Assembly (NCBI GenBank): GCA_964036045.1
Contig: OZ038378.1
Span: 145,266,001-145,330,000 of the forward strand
DNA: 64,000 nt
Reading direction: 5' to 3'
Source: Eutreptiella sp. 'Long Island Sound 2002'
Taxonomy: Eukaryota; Protista; Euglenida
Shown: positions 1-11,145 of the stretch, piece by piece
Layout: the number at the start of each line of letters is the position of its first letter
How positions within the stretch are numbered: position 1 is the first letter of the stretch
Program-made: the position numbers and the translations under genes
Notes under the pieces: generated by a model
Databases searched by the model: none
The model's input: only the letters and a program-made list of their open reading frames with translations
What the model was told of the DNA's origin: nothing

Positions 1-1
1 C

Positions 2-1081
2 TGGCACCAGGCGCCTGGGCTGGTCTAGGCCCTCATTTCGGACCTGCTGGGGGATCTGGGGAGGGGGGGGGTGGTGGTGGTACAGTACCTAGATGATATC
101 CTCTTTGTCGGACATGACCCGGGGGAAGTGGCCGCGGTCACCGACAGCGCGGCCCACCTCCTCCGACGTGCGGGCTTCATCATTAGTGAGAAGTCCGTGT
201 TCACACCGCAGCGCTCCTTGCGGTGGATGGGCAAGGATGTAGATCTGCGTGGGCGCAGGGTGGCACCGGCGGCTTCGGCGGTGGCAACAGTGGTGGCGGC
301 ATGGGTAAGGCTGGCACTTAAGCCATACACCTATGTCGCCCTGAGGCGGCTACTAGGGAAGCTCGGGTGGTTGGGGAGGCCAGGGAATCTGGGGGGGTGC
401 TTTCTGGCGGGTGCCCGGTCCTGGCTGCGCTGGGGCCCACGCTGGGCCTGGCGCACACCACCGGCAGTGGTGCGCGGGCTCTGCGAGGCCATGGCCCAGT
501 GCTACAGGGGCTGGGAGCCAGACACCACGACCGCTGGTCCGGCAGTGCGCGTCTTTGTGGACGCCGCCAGGTATGCCCTGACCACAGGAGCTAACCCCTC
601 CTACTGCGTCGGCTCTTGGGGACCAGGGGGGGCAGATCTGGCGCTATGTCCAGCGTGGGTGACAACCCAGCAAGCGGCTGAGCTATGGGGGACGCTGGTG
701 GCGCTGGACGATGCGCACGCGCGGCGAGCGCGGCGCCTCGTACTCGTGGGGGACAACATGGGGGCGCTGGCCCAGCTGCTTTGGGGGAGGGCGGGGGCAG
801 GCAGGGTCCAGCAGCAGCGCATCCTACGAAGGATTGCGCACCGTCTCCGCTGGACGGGGCTGCAGGTGACCCTCTGCTGGGTGCAGTCCGAGCTCAACCC
901 AGCGGACTCCATCAGTAGAGCGTGGGACGGGAGGGGGGGCAGAGCAGCGGTGATCGAGGCGGCTGCCAAGGAGCGCCTGTGGGTCCATTCGCCACAGTGG
1001 GCAGCTTGGGGAGCAATTGCCGACCGCGACAAGGCGGTCTGCCCGTGCACAGTCCCCCTCCCTGCCTGGATGGGTGGGTGA
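2..1081 (+). mobile_element. RT/RNase H 3' part of a tyrosine-recombinase-class (DIRS/Ngaro/VIPER-like) retrotransposon; premature TAG at 26-28; 5' part outside window
   Basis: Frame reads WHQAPGLV*ALIS...VQYLDDILFVG (RT YLDD), then a DIRS-type RNase H: VFVDAA...QQAAELWG...LVGDNMGAL...WVQSELNPADSISR. Confidence 0.85.
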
Positions 1082-1097
1082 CAGTCAAAAATTTTTA

Positions 1098-1527
1098 CCC
1101 AAGGGGCCTGCAAATACTGTGGTTGACTGTGGTACAGGAGTCCTGGAGTGCAGTGCAGGAGGGTGCAGGGCAGTGCAGGGCGGTGCAGGGCAGGGCGTGC
1201 ACATGCCAAAACCGAAGTTTTCCATAAAAACTGAGGTTTTGGGAGGGGGGGGGTGCAGTGGCTGAGGCTAAGACTGAGGCAGACCCCCCCCCCCCTGTAC
1301 TGTACAGCTGATGTTATTTTGCTGAGTGTACCTCCTGGGGACTGCTCGCCCGGGAGGGGTGGACATTGCACTATGTGGCGCTATAAGCGCGGCCGTGGGC
1401 CATCATCGTGCCCCCAAGGGGCCTGCAAATACTGTGGTTGACTGTGGTACAGGAGTCCTGGAGTGCAGTGCAGGAGGGTGCAAGGCAGTGCAGGGCGGTG
1501 CAGGGCAGGGCGTGCACATGCCAAAAC
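1098..1527 (+). repeat. Pair of 115-bp direct repeats (1098-1212, 1413-1527) just after the RT/RH stop; probable split terminal repeats
   Basis: CCCAAGGGGCCTGCAAATACTGTGG...CACATGCCAAAAC occurs twice with one substitution, 200 bp apart. Confidence 0.85.
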
Positions 1528-2118
1528 ACTATGTGCCAAAGGCACCGAAGAAAATTTTTACAAGGCGCCAAAGAAAATTTTTACAAGGTGCCAAAGCTGA
1601 TTTACACTGTGATACTATGGTACAGATTTGTGGTGCCACCCCCCCCCCCCCCATGGGGGGAAGCGGCTGACAAAAGGGGGGAGATTTCAAGGGGGGCGGG
1701 GGGTATGCGCTGTTTCATCATCGCAAGGTGGAGCGCAAGGGGCGTTCCGTCAGCTGCTTGAGGAGCTGATGGCGAGTCAAAAGTCTATGATGACGGGCAG
1801 ATGAGATGATAAGCCCGGATGTACAAGCTTTTTTCGGCACCTTGCTCTAGTATTTCAAGTCTTGTGACCGCAGTAGCCAATCCATTTCATGGGTTGGTGG
1901 GTGATTGATAGGCCCTGTAATGATGCTTGTGTTTATTATTGTACAGCACGGGGGGGGCGACTCCGCGGGTCCTAGGACGCCAACTACCCCCCCCCCCCCC
2001 CCCCCCTAGGGGCCTTCGGCCAACAGTTAGTTGCCAAAGGTGTCGCCCTCAGGCGTCCATGGGCGCCTAAGGCGCCCGATGCTCCATGAACACCAAAGGT
2101 GCCCTAAGGAAAATTTTG

Positions 2119-2280
2119 TCCAATTTGCACCCCAACACTATCCTTAAACCCAACCTTGACTCTAACACCCACCCCCAACCCTCAGCCTACTCCTATCCCT
2201 ACACCTAACCCTAGCCCTAACTCTAGCCCTGGCTCTCACCCTAGGCTAGGGTCAGAGTGAGTGTTGGGGTGCAAAATGGA
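2119..2280. repeat. 21-bp inverted repeat enclosing degenerate CCCTAA-like hexamers
   Basis: TCCAATTTGCACCCCAACACT (2119-2139) vs AGTGTTGGGGTGCAAAATGGA (2260-2280), one mismatch; interior CCCTAA/CCCTAG/CTCTAA/CCTACA variants. Confidence 0.7.
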
Positions 2281-3451
2281 GAGCAATGATGTGGCAAAAG
2301 CAGCCATGAACGAAATTGGAGGGATCTTGTTCAGCCCAATCAACATGGCTGGCATGGCCAAACCAACTGGCTGCAAAGGTTAGGGTTAGGTTTATGGTGA
2401 TGCTATGGTTAGAGGGAGGGCAAGGGGAGGTAAGGGGAGCCTGTGCCCCCCCCCCCCCACCAACACCCCAAATCGCCCAACCTGGACCCCCCCCCCCAAC
2501 CGACCCTCCCAGAGCCCCCCCCCCCTCGCCCCTCCTAGACCCCCCCCCCCCCCCCCCCCAAGGGGCCTCCGGCCAACAGTTAGTTGGGGGGGTAGTTGGC
2601 GTCCAAAACCGAGGGGTCGCCCCCCCCGGGTTGTACAGTAGGCGACAGTGGTTGGTGGCCAACACACTGCATTGGGCGGTGGCCAGTGCGCCAGTGGCGA
2701 CAGTTGGTCAATGTGGGTTGGCGACAGTCAACAGCCATCACCAAAGTGCAGCAGTAATGCATGGCAAACGGACGACAGCTGATAGCGGTTGGCTTTACCT
2801 GCATGCGTTTTACCGGGAGCTCACTGCGGCCCGTTCACGGCCCGTGTCCATTGGATCATGATTCTCAAAGTGCCATGAAGCACGTGTCACATGCCATTCA
2901 ACATCTCCAATCGGATTGGCGGGCAATATGTTTGTGCTCATGATGAGCGATCAGCCGAGCCTTCCTCCACTGCATCCACTTGAAGCATACTATTGTTGTC
3001 CAATTTATATGCCACCTGGTGCGTCGCATTTCCCTTTGTTGCTGCACAAACGTAGGGGACACTGCACGGCACCACACCGCACCGCACCACACCCCGCCCC
3101 ACCGTATGCCCTCCAAGTCAAATGGTAGTCCTTCCGGCCCGCTCTCCCTCATACATATCCACTTGCACACCCTGAAAGACCGAGCACTACACTTTGGAAG
3201 GCCATCTCAGGGGCAACATGGCAATGGGGGGTAGGCGATCAAGGCAAAACAAGCAAAAGGAAACGTGCCGCCGACACTGGGCGTCGCAGAGCAAAGTTTC
3301 ATATGTACTGAGAATACACATGACAGCCAAGTGGTGCAAGAACCACCGAAAAAACACACATTTTGAAAGGGATGATGGATTTCCCTGTCCATGGCCGAGG
3401 GTGAGTAGCAAAACTGCGTCAGAGCCTTCAGGCGTTTGAGTTGGGCTTACC

Positions 3452-3507
3452 ATGCATGGCATGGCATGGCATGGCATGGCACATGGCATGGCATCACATG
3501 GCATGCA
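3452..3507. repeat. (CATGG)n microsatellite
   Basis: catggcatggcatggcatggcatggc... seen directly. Confidence 0.9.
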
Positions 3508-3834
3508 AACATGAAACTTGAAATACCCCGTGCAATCCGTTCATGTGGTAGACTCCAAGAAGAATTGGCGTAAACCCTGACGTGTGGCGGTGTAACCCTG
3601 AAGTTGGAGCTTCATATACTGTGGATGAGCGGGCCCCTCCAACCAACACCACTCGCTCCATGTGCACTGGCTGCGCGTCCCCCGCCCGCCTCCCTCCTTC
3701 CAATGTAACAGCTGATGTGGTGTCTCCAGGTCGCTCTGCACTTCCCACGTAAGTGGTGGTGGTGAGCGATAGCCGGCGCAAAGTCGCCCCCCTCCCACCC
3801 CTACCTGAACCTCCGACTGACCTGTGGCCGATTG

Positions 3835-4058
3835 GGTGCCAGCCTTTGAGCAAGGTCATAGTAGACAGTAACTGGCCCTCCCCTGTGGTAGCATTGCAGA
3901 CCAGTGGTCTTGGTCGACAAAATACGGCAACACAAGTGATTGAGCGGTCTGACACTGTGCATACGGCGAGCGGTGCACTTTGGATCATCGAACTGCCGAA
4001 CATTGCTGCATATGCATACCAGGACGTGTATGTGCAGAGCGCTTCTTGACCTGCGTGC
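3835..4058. repeat. Dispersed repeat; related copy at ~7135-7350 and a more diverged piece at ~51590-51660
   Basis: Shared GCCTTTGAGCA...GGTCGACAAAA...CTGCCGAACATTGCTGCATATGCATACCAGGA...TTGACCTGCGTG. Confidence 0.7.
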
Positions 4059-4126
4059 GGCCACCCCTACTTCCTCCTTTCGTATCCCCGCCTACCCCCC
4101 CCCCCCAACCTTGACCATGGGTGGAG

Positions 4127-4176
4127 GAGTGTCTACTTTCTGAGTGTCTACCTTCTGAGTGTCTGTTTTTTTTTCG
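4127..4176 (+). other. Genomic euglenid spliced-leader exon, tandem partial copies ending in a near-complete SL
   Basis: GAGTGTCT / ACTTTCTGAGTGTCT / ACCTTCTGAGTGTCTGTTTTTTTTTCG vs the Euglena SL ACTTTCTGAGTGTCTATTTTTTTTCG; 4135-4150 matches SL nt 1-16 exactly. Confidence 0.9.
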
Positions 4177-4202
4177 ATCTGGGCTTGATTGTTTGTCAGA
4201 CA

Positions 4203-5348
4203 ATGCCCTCGGATCATGACGCTTGCAGCTGCGCCCCCGAGCAGAGCCAGCAGAAGGAGAAAGGTTGTCAGGCTGCAAAGACAAAGCCCAAGACCAATTC
4301 ACCAAAATCGAATCCCACAGTGAAGAAGAAGGTCAAGAGCAAGAAAAAGGATGAGATCAGCGCAGACGCAATATTGGCAAAAATTGCAGAGCTGGAGGCA
4401 GGGAAAGGGGAGGCCAGTGTAGTGCCGGAAAAGAGCGCACCACTTCAGACTACCGCATCACCCAAGATGGGTTTGCATATCCCGTCTGACCTCAGAGAGA
4501 AGTATCTGAACCAGGTTGCCCTAACGGCTCGTGAGAGGCGGGAGATTGCGCTGCACCAAAGCAAAATTGACCAGTTGGTGAAGGAGAAAGACGGAATTTT
4601 GAGCCAAATTTCAAAAGTGGAGGAGAAGAAGCAGAAGTTGGATACCCTGTGCAAGCAGCTGCAGGCCCGCAACAAGGAGATCTTGGAGAGCGTGCGGGAA
4701 AGGGGGGAGGATGAGCAGGGACTGCGCAAAGAGCTGAGTGAGAAATTCAGCAGCACAATCACTGATATCACTGCAAAAATGGAGATGCAGCAGACGGAGC
4801 GGCTCAAGATGGCGGAAGAGAACGATCAGTTGCGGGTGAAGATTGAGGAGATGAAGGACGTGATATTATCACGGGAAGACACATTCAAGGCACTGCATGA
4901 GAAGAAGGAGGCAGAAGTTCAAAAATTGCAGCAGAAGCTCAAGGATGTGGAAGTAAAGGCTGTGGAAGAGGAAAGCAAGTTCGAGGAATGGAAAAATGAG
5001 ATTGCGGGGCAGAGCGTTGTCGTGGATTCGCTGCGTGACCAATTGCAGAATTACAGTGGCAAGTTCGAGGCCTTCCAGTCCACCCTCTCCAAGTCGAATC
5101 CTGTGTTCCAGTCTTACAAACTGGAAATGGACATGATTACCAAGCGCATCCGTTTGTTGGATCATGAGAACCAACAGCTCCGTCTGAAGACTCTCAAGAC
5201 TGACCACAGCATCCTGGATTTGTTTGAGGAGCGCAACAAAGACATGAGCAAATTATCCAAATTGGAGGAGCAGAATGCCACATTACAGCAATTGGCCAAA
5301 GACCTGAATGCCCAAAGAGCAGAGCTGAAACTCAAGGCCCAGAAGTAA
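4203..5348 (+). CDS. Taxilin-family coiled-coil protein, 381 aa, intronless (probable retrogene)
   Basis: KLDTLCKQLQARNK, RKELSEKFSSTITDI and YSGKFEAFQSTLSKSNPVFQSYKLEMDMITKRIRLLDHEN match the taxilin pattern; ATG 4203, TAA 5346-5348. Confidence 0.85.
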   Translation: MPSDHDACSCAPEQSQQKEKGCQAAKTKPKTNSPKSNPTVKKKVKSKKKDEISADAILAKIAELEAGKGEASVVPEKSAPLQTTASPKMGLHIPSDLREKYLNQVALTARERREIALHQSKIDQLVKEKDGILSQISKVEEKKQKLDTLCKQLQARNKEILESVRERGEDEQGLRKELSEKFSSTITDITAKMEMQQTERLKMAEENDQLRVKIEEMKDVILSREDTFKALHEKKEAEVQKLQQKLKDVEVKAVEEESKFEEWKNEIAGQSVVVDSLRDQLQNYSGKFEAFQSTLSKSNPVFQSYKLEMDMITKRIRLLDHENQQLRLKTLKTDHSILDLFEERNKDMSKLSKLEEQNATLQQLAKDLNAQRAELKLKAQK

Positions 5349-8300
5349 TCGGGCAGCTACTGCTGTGCGTGGTGGATGCCCAGATGGAGGCTCAAGCTGC
5401 CATCATTGACTGATGTCTGGACAGCTTCGGATGCCGTGGTGGGGTCTGAAGGCAGGCGCCGTCAAGGCTCTGGTGGTGCCGGCACAAATTGCATCCATGT
5501 TCCCACATGACATTGAGTTGCAGGCCAAGCGGCCCTGGGGTGGCTTCAGCAGTGAGCACAAGGGCACCGGGGCATTTGGGGTGCTGTGGACGCAAGCCGA
5601 CGTGTGCGGTTGTGTCTGTCCTGCCGTGCTGCTGGGGCCCCAACGGCGTCTGTCACGATTGCCACTGGACCCTGAGCAGCTTGGACAGCTCCACCGAAGG
5701 CAGGGGTTACACACACGTACCCCCCCCCCCCCTCCCCCTTGCGCAAGCACGGCCTTGTCGAAGCACAGGGTGGGCGTTTGAACCGCTGTTTTTTAGGAAT
5801 TTTTGAGACCACTGTTTTTGGGGTCCCGGATGTAAGATTGGGTTTAAAACCATTCTACCGCACGTTGCCACCTGATGCTATTTGTTTTGAGGTGATTCTT
5901 AGCCATTCCTGATATTCTCCTTCCACAACCTGTCACCATCTGCATCTTCTGGAAATGGGCGGTCATCTGCGATTGCCGTCATGTGTGTCCCACGCGAGCA
6001 CGGCCTTGTCTGAGCACGGGGGTGCCTTGCGGAGACAATGCACTGGGATTTCCTGCCTGTGGGATACCAGGGGTGACGGCCATCGCCGGATTATGGCTAA
6101 GCACGGGGGTGGGCGTTGAACCGCTCTTTTGCCTGTTTTTTTTTTGAGACCGCGGCCGTGCTTGCGCCAGGGGGGGGGGGCGGGGTACGGTGTGTGGTGC
6201 GCCACAGATGTTCGGGGGACTAAATGCACCGCTGTCTTGCATTCGTGGGCCCGTTAAATCCCGAATGATAGACCGTGCGATGGATGTAGGCCTGTCAAAA
6301 ATGTAGAATCAGTGACATGCTCCGGGGTATTTGTGTGACCGTAGGGGCGGTTTGGTGAGGCCTTTGGGGCTGAAATTGATGCTGGTTGTTCAATAGTGTC
6401 GGCAGAACGAACGAGCACATAAGTGACCCACAGAGCTAACCGCAAAAACGCCTCGCTGTACAATACATAGTGGAGCACCCCAACCAAGAAGGGGACACGT
6501 GCATTGAATGAACTTTGCAGTACTGCTGGACTAATGGCTGGAATTGTCTATGGCGGGGACATTCAGTCTATCGGAACCGACCATTGATCCCCTGAAATTG
6601 ATGCAGGCCGGGCCTGCATTCTGCGCCTGAACATTGTAAACCGAGGGTATCCCTAATCTGAATTTGGAAGCATGGAATTGATCTGCAGTGTGGCCCAGCC
6701 CCGGACCCCACACATTTGAGAATAAACTGACACGCATTCCAAGACAATGAGGTACAAACAAATGTCTGAAACGAGCAAATGCCAACGTGCACCAATGGAA
6801 AGGGAAGTGTGTCTCGAGAACAGCGGGTGACTGGTCACACCCTGTCAGTACACAGACGACGACTCTAAGACATCCGGTTCAAGTTTCTGTTTTGGATCCT
6901 GCGCAGCACTGTCCAACAGTTTAAGAGCCCCCCCTCCTCCCTTCCTGGTGCGTACCAAAGCCCCCCCACTTTGTACCAAAAAACCGCCCATTTTGTCGCA
7001 AAATGTACCAACCCCCCCCACCCCAGCTAAAAGGTACCGGAAAACCCTCAAAATTGCCCCCCCCCCCCCCGACTCTCTTCCCTCCACAGCTCACGGTTAA
7101 CCAAAATAACCAAAAGACCTGTGGTTGATTGCGTGCCAGCCTTTGAGCAGGGTCTTGTGGAAAACTGAAGCTGCCCCAGTAGTAACATGCAGACTACCCT
7201 GGGTGGTCGACAAAACACGGCAGCCATTGTGCAACATGTGGTCCATGATGTGTACTTAACGGTCAGCGATGAAGAACACTATGGATTGAGCTGCCGAACA
7301 TTGCTGCATATGCATACCAGGATGTGCGTATGTGGAGCGCTTGTTGACCTGCGTGTGCCCCCCGGGGAGGTTTGGCACAACTTTGGGGGTTGTACGGATT
7401 TTCGTTTGGTACATTTTGGGGATTTATGGATACATTTTGGGGGGTTTTTTGGTACATTTTTGGGGTTTTATGGTGCAATAGGGGGGTTTTTATGGTACAA
7501 TTCAGGGGGTTTCAAGTACACATCTGGGGGGTTTCAGTACACTTCATCTGGTTTCTGTCGGCCGTTTTCTGGGAGTTTTTTTACTATCCTCCGGGAGTGA
7601 GTGGGGTGTGGGACCCCAGGCAGGGTGTTAGGTGCATCCTGAGAACCGCCAACCGCCCCCCCCCCCCCCAATTGTATGCCCAGGTCTGCTTGTAGTGTGT
7701 CTTGGTGGCTTGGTCGGGCCAATTTCAGGCATGGAGGTAGGAGAGGTGATGGAAGGTCATAGAACTACATGTGATTGTACACTCAGTGTTTTACTTCCCA
7801 TTGCTCTTTGTATGCGTGTTGCAGGGGAACGTGGGTGATCAGAGGTTGGTGCCGGGGGTGAATTGCCGGTTGGTTTGGGGATGTCTGGCAGGGTCCAAGA
7901 CCATATTGCCACTTGTTAATTTTTCAGGGGGTACCCGTCGGTGAATCGGGAAGGAATCTCTGTTACCGCCCATGTCATGCCATGACATGCAGATGGCATG
8001 GGCAGGAATTATGTCAGGCTGGCTGGTAGTACAATCGTGGAGCCTAGGCGCCGGCAAATGTTTCATCTGTGGGGTCAGCTAGCAATTGGACAGCTCTGAA
8101 CCCTGCACCCCAAATCTCAGCAGTCTTGCTGTGCCTTATGCTGTTATATGCAGCCTATAGTGGTTTGTGCCTGGCGCGCACTGAGAAGCGTATAGCCATG
8201 GCAGTGTCCCATTGGATGGTCACGTGGACCAAAGCACGGATGTCAGTGATACGAGGAGGAAGCGCGCCAAGCAGATGGCACCCCCGGCCCCCCACTGGGC

Positions 8301-9509
8301 GGGGGGTGATATGGAGGCTGATGCGCTGTAGGGCTCTCTACTAGAGGGATACCATGCGGGCGCAACATGAGTGGTGTGTTGCCACGACAAACGGCCATGG
8401 GTCGTGTGTTGTCACGAGTGAAACATGGGCGTGTGTGTTGTCACAGCCCTGACAGTTTTTCTATGACAATGCTGGGTGTGGACACTTGGATCGCCTGAGC
8501 CTCAAAATGCGGGCCCTACGGTTGCGCAAGGACATCGAAGAGCCGGAGGAACATGACAGGCGGCTCATCATGGAGGTCGCACAGTGGTGTGACCATCAGT
8601 TGATCTAGTGTGCAATGGTGGAGTGCACAGGGTCGTAGCTGGCCTTCACGGTGGTGAACCGATGGGGCGAGCCAGAAGGGATGCATAAACAAGAGATATG
8701 CTCCTTGCTGGTACCCGCGGGGACACTCTCAACCTCCGACACGCTGCTGCTTTGTGGCATGCTCGCTCGCACCGAGGACCCCACATATGGATGCCACCTG
8801 CTACGCCACACACACGCACATCTTGTGTGAGGTGTTGCTAGCACATGTGACCTGAGAGCACTGCGAATGATTGAATAGATACTTCTTCCCTGAAAGACAC
8901 ACACATCACATCCACATTGAGCAATTGCCCGTCAGGCGTGGCCCATCGTCTGCACTGTGTGAAGGAATGACACATGTTATGCCAGCATGCTGTGTGGACC
9001 TCTCGTCCGCTCCGTTAGTGCACCTGTGCGGTGCATAAACGGACTTTCTGCTTTCCGGGGTTCTCCCGGGTACACTCAATGACACCTTGAGTGCGAGGAA
9101 TAAAAAAAAAAGAGATGTTCTCCTTGCTAGTACACCTGATACACCTGTTGTGGAGGACCAAGATGGAGGTCCAAGAAAATACAACTGTACACTGGCACCC
9201 GAAAAGCACCACGGCGCACCTGTACGAGTGGGAGGTGAGGGTCCATGTGGATGTGCGTGAGGGGGCTAGGGATGTGGTAATGGGAGCCACATGGGACAGG
9301 CGAGCGCATGTCTTGTGGGTCACGGGAACACCGCAAGTGCTACCCCGTGTGAAGAGAATGTTCTTTGGCGACAATGGGGCTGTGGGGGATGTCATGAGGG
9401 TGGTGTGTCGATATGTGCTGAGTGCACTCCACCTAGAGCTAGTCGGGTCCCGGGAGGGCGGAGGCATGTGAACATGATGTGACAGTAGGGATAACAACAT
9501 GTAGCATCA

Positions 9510-9580
9510 TCCGTAGCAGAGTGGTATTCCTCAGGGCATGTGTGGGACGTGCTTGGTGGTTCAAATCCTGTGATTGAGGG
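9510..9580 (+). repeat. tRNA-derived (SINE-like) head, degenerate
   Basis: A-box-like TAGCAGAGTGG and B-box GGTTCAAATCC at tRNA-like spacing; no cloverleaf. Confidence 0.4.
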
Positions 9581-9982
9581 GGGTTGGGAAGCACCAAACA
9601 ACCCGCATAACCGGTTTCCCATACACAGACGCCATGAGCGCCGCACGGACCTTGCGTGCATAACCGGGTTCCAGGGGGACAGACCTGACCCAAACCAACC
9701 TAAGAGAATTGATAGCCCGTGGGCGAACTCAAGGCAACATTCAGAACTAGTTTGGCAGTGTTGCAGTGCGGCAGAATATTCACGAGTTCTGACCGGTCGC
9801 CTGTGACACGGGGGAAGTTCGGTAGCTGAGTATCCGTTGCTTCATGGCCCCATCCTTGACCATGGGTGGGGGAGAGCTAACCCAGACAACCCAGGAAACA
9901 TTCAATAGCCACCTCATGTGATGGGGTGGTCTAGCGCCCATGTGCAATCCCCTACCTCCAGTTAGGTCCAGTTATGCCACCG

Positions 9983-10189
9983 TTACTCCTTTTTTATGAG
10001 CCGGGGGCAATAATAGGTGAGGTGGTCCGCATTTCGAAATATGGCATTGTGCCACAACGGAAGGTCTCCGAGAGGAACATCATGTAATGCTCCGTCTAAC
10101 ATGTAGCGGCGGGCTTGTGAGAAGGCTTTTAGTGATTGCGCATCCTTTTTGATCCACGTTTGCAACCAATACCAGCTCTCCTTACACAA
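9983..10189 (-). mobile_element. LINE ORF2 C-terminal fragment (decayed)
   Basis: DLPLWHNAIFRN resembles the post-RT region of L1/Tx1-type ORF2. Confidence 0.4.
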
Positions 10190-10389
10190 CTAGGTCCAAC
10201 CCGGCACGCGGTCTACAGTTCATTGCTTCCACGATTTAGTTAGTCCCAGGAAGTAGATTGGTCCCTCACCTCAGTCTGGGTGGGGTCCTGGGGCAAATCA
10301 CTATTCCTCAAGAAAATGGCCCCTCTACCCTCCTTGTCTCCTCCTTGTCTCAAAGACTTTGTTTATAGGGCCCTCTAGGCTAAATTAAA

Positions 10390-11145
10390 AGTTGGTGATC
10401 GACTGCAAGATTGGACGCACCATCCCTGGGGCATGATCTGTGCACAATGAGAACCCATCAAGCATTCCCTCTATCGTTGTAGTTGTCACCATCTAACTGT
10501 GACGTCTTGGATTTCACCATGGGACCATGCTACCACAAACAACACTCTTACAAAGCACAATTCCTTCCCACCCACTTGTCTTCATCTGCCCCCCCAAGGG
10601 CTTTTGATGTGGTCAGGTCGAGTAGCACGTTGGTGAGTGCATTACTCAACGAAGTCCACTGGGATCCCCCTTATCATGACTATTTTCTGAGCACCTGGTC
10701 CAAAAGTGTTACAGTGCTATGTGCTATCAGTTGGCAGCCACTAGCAGGATGGGTCCAAACTTTCCATCAGTTTTTATCATGCCTTATGTACATTACAACG
10801 GACAGGTTCTCTACCGCGGGTTTAAATCTCTGTCCAACCATTTTCAGATTGCATTAGGACAAGAAACGCCAAAAAGCGGCGCGCAAAGAGGAACTAGCGC
10901 AACAAGCTCTAGTAGCTATTGCCGAACTTAAGTCACTGGGGTGGACTATTGTTTACACCGATGGATTGGTGGGCAGCAGGCTACGGGTGTGAGTCGTTGG
11001 GGGAATGGAAGGAATTCGGACATCTACCCGTGGACGCACCGCAGACGAGCAGTAGAGTTGAAGTCACTGCCATTGTCGGAACCCTCGAGCGCATGAATTG
11101 GCAAACCCGCCAAGTAGCCATAGCCACTGACTCTCAATATGCCCC
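10390..11145 (+). mobile_element. Decayed L1-like ORF2 end: zf-RVT-like finger followed by RNase H
   Basis: VGDRL...ICAQ*EPIKHSLYRC (~10390-10480); IVYTDG (10948-10965), frameshift, WAAGYG...PQTSSRVEVTAI...VAIATDSQYA (to 11143). Confidence 0.65.

Noticed and set aside
2140-2245. True telomere or chromosome end
   Set aside because: Short, highly degenerate and internal.
4127-4176. SL RNA gene
   Set aside because: No GT donor or SL-intron follows ...TTCG; it runs straight into a 5' UTR and ORF.
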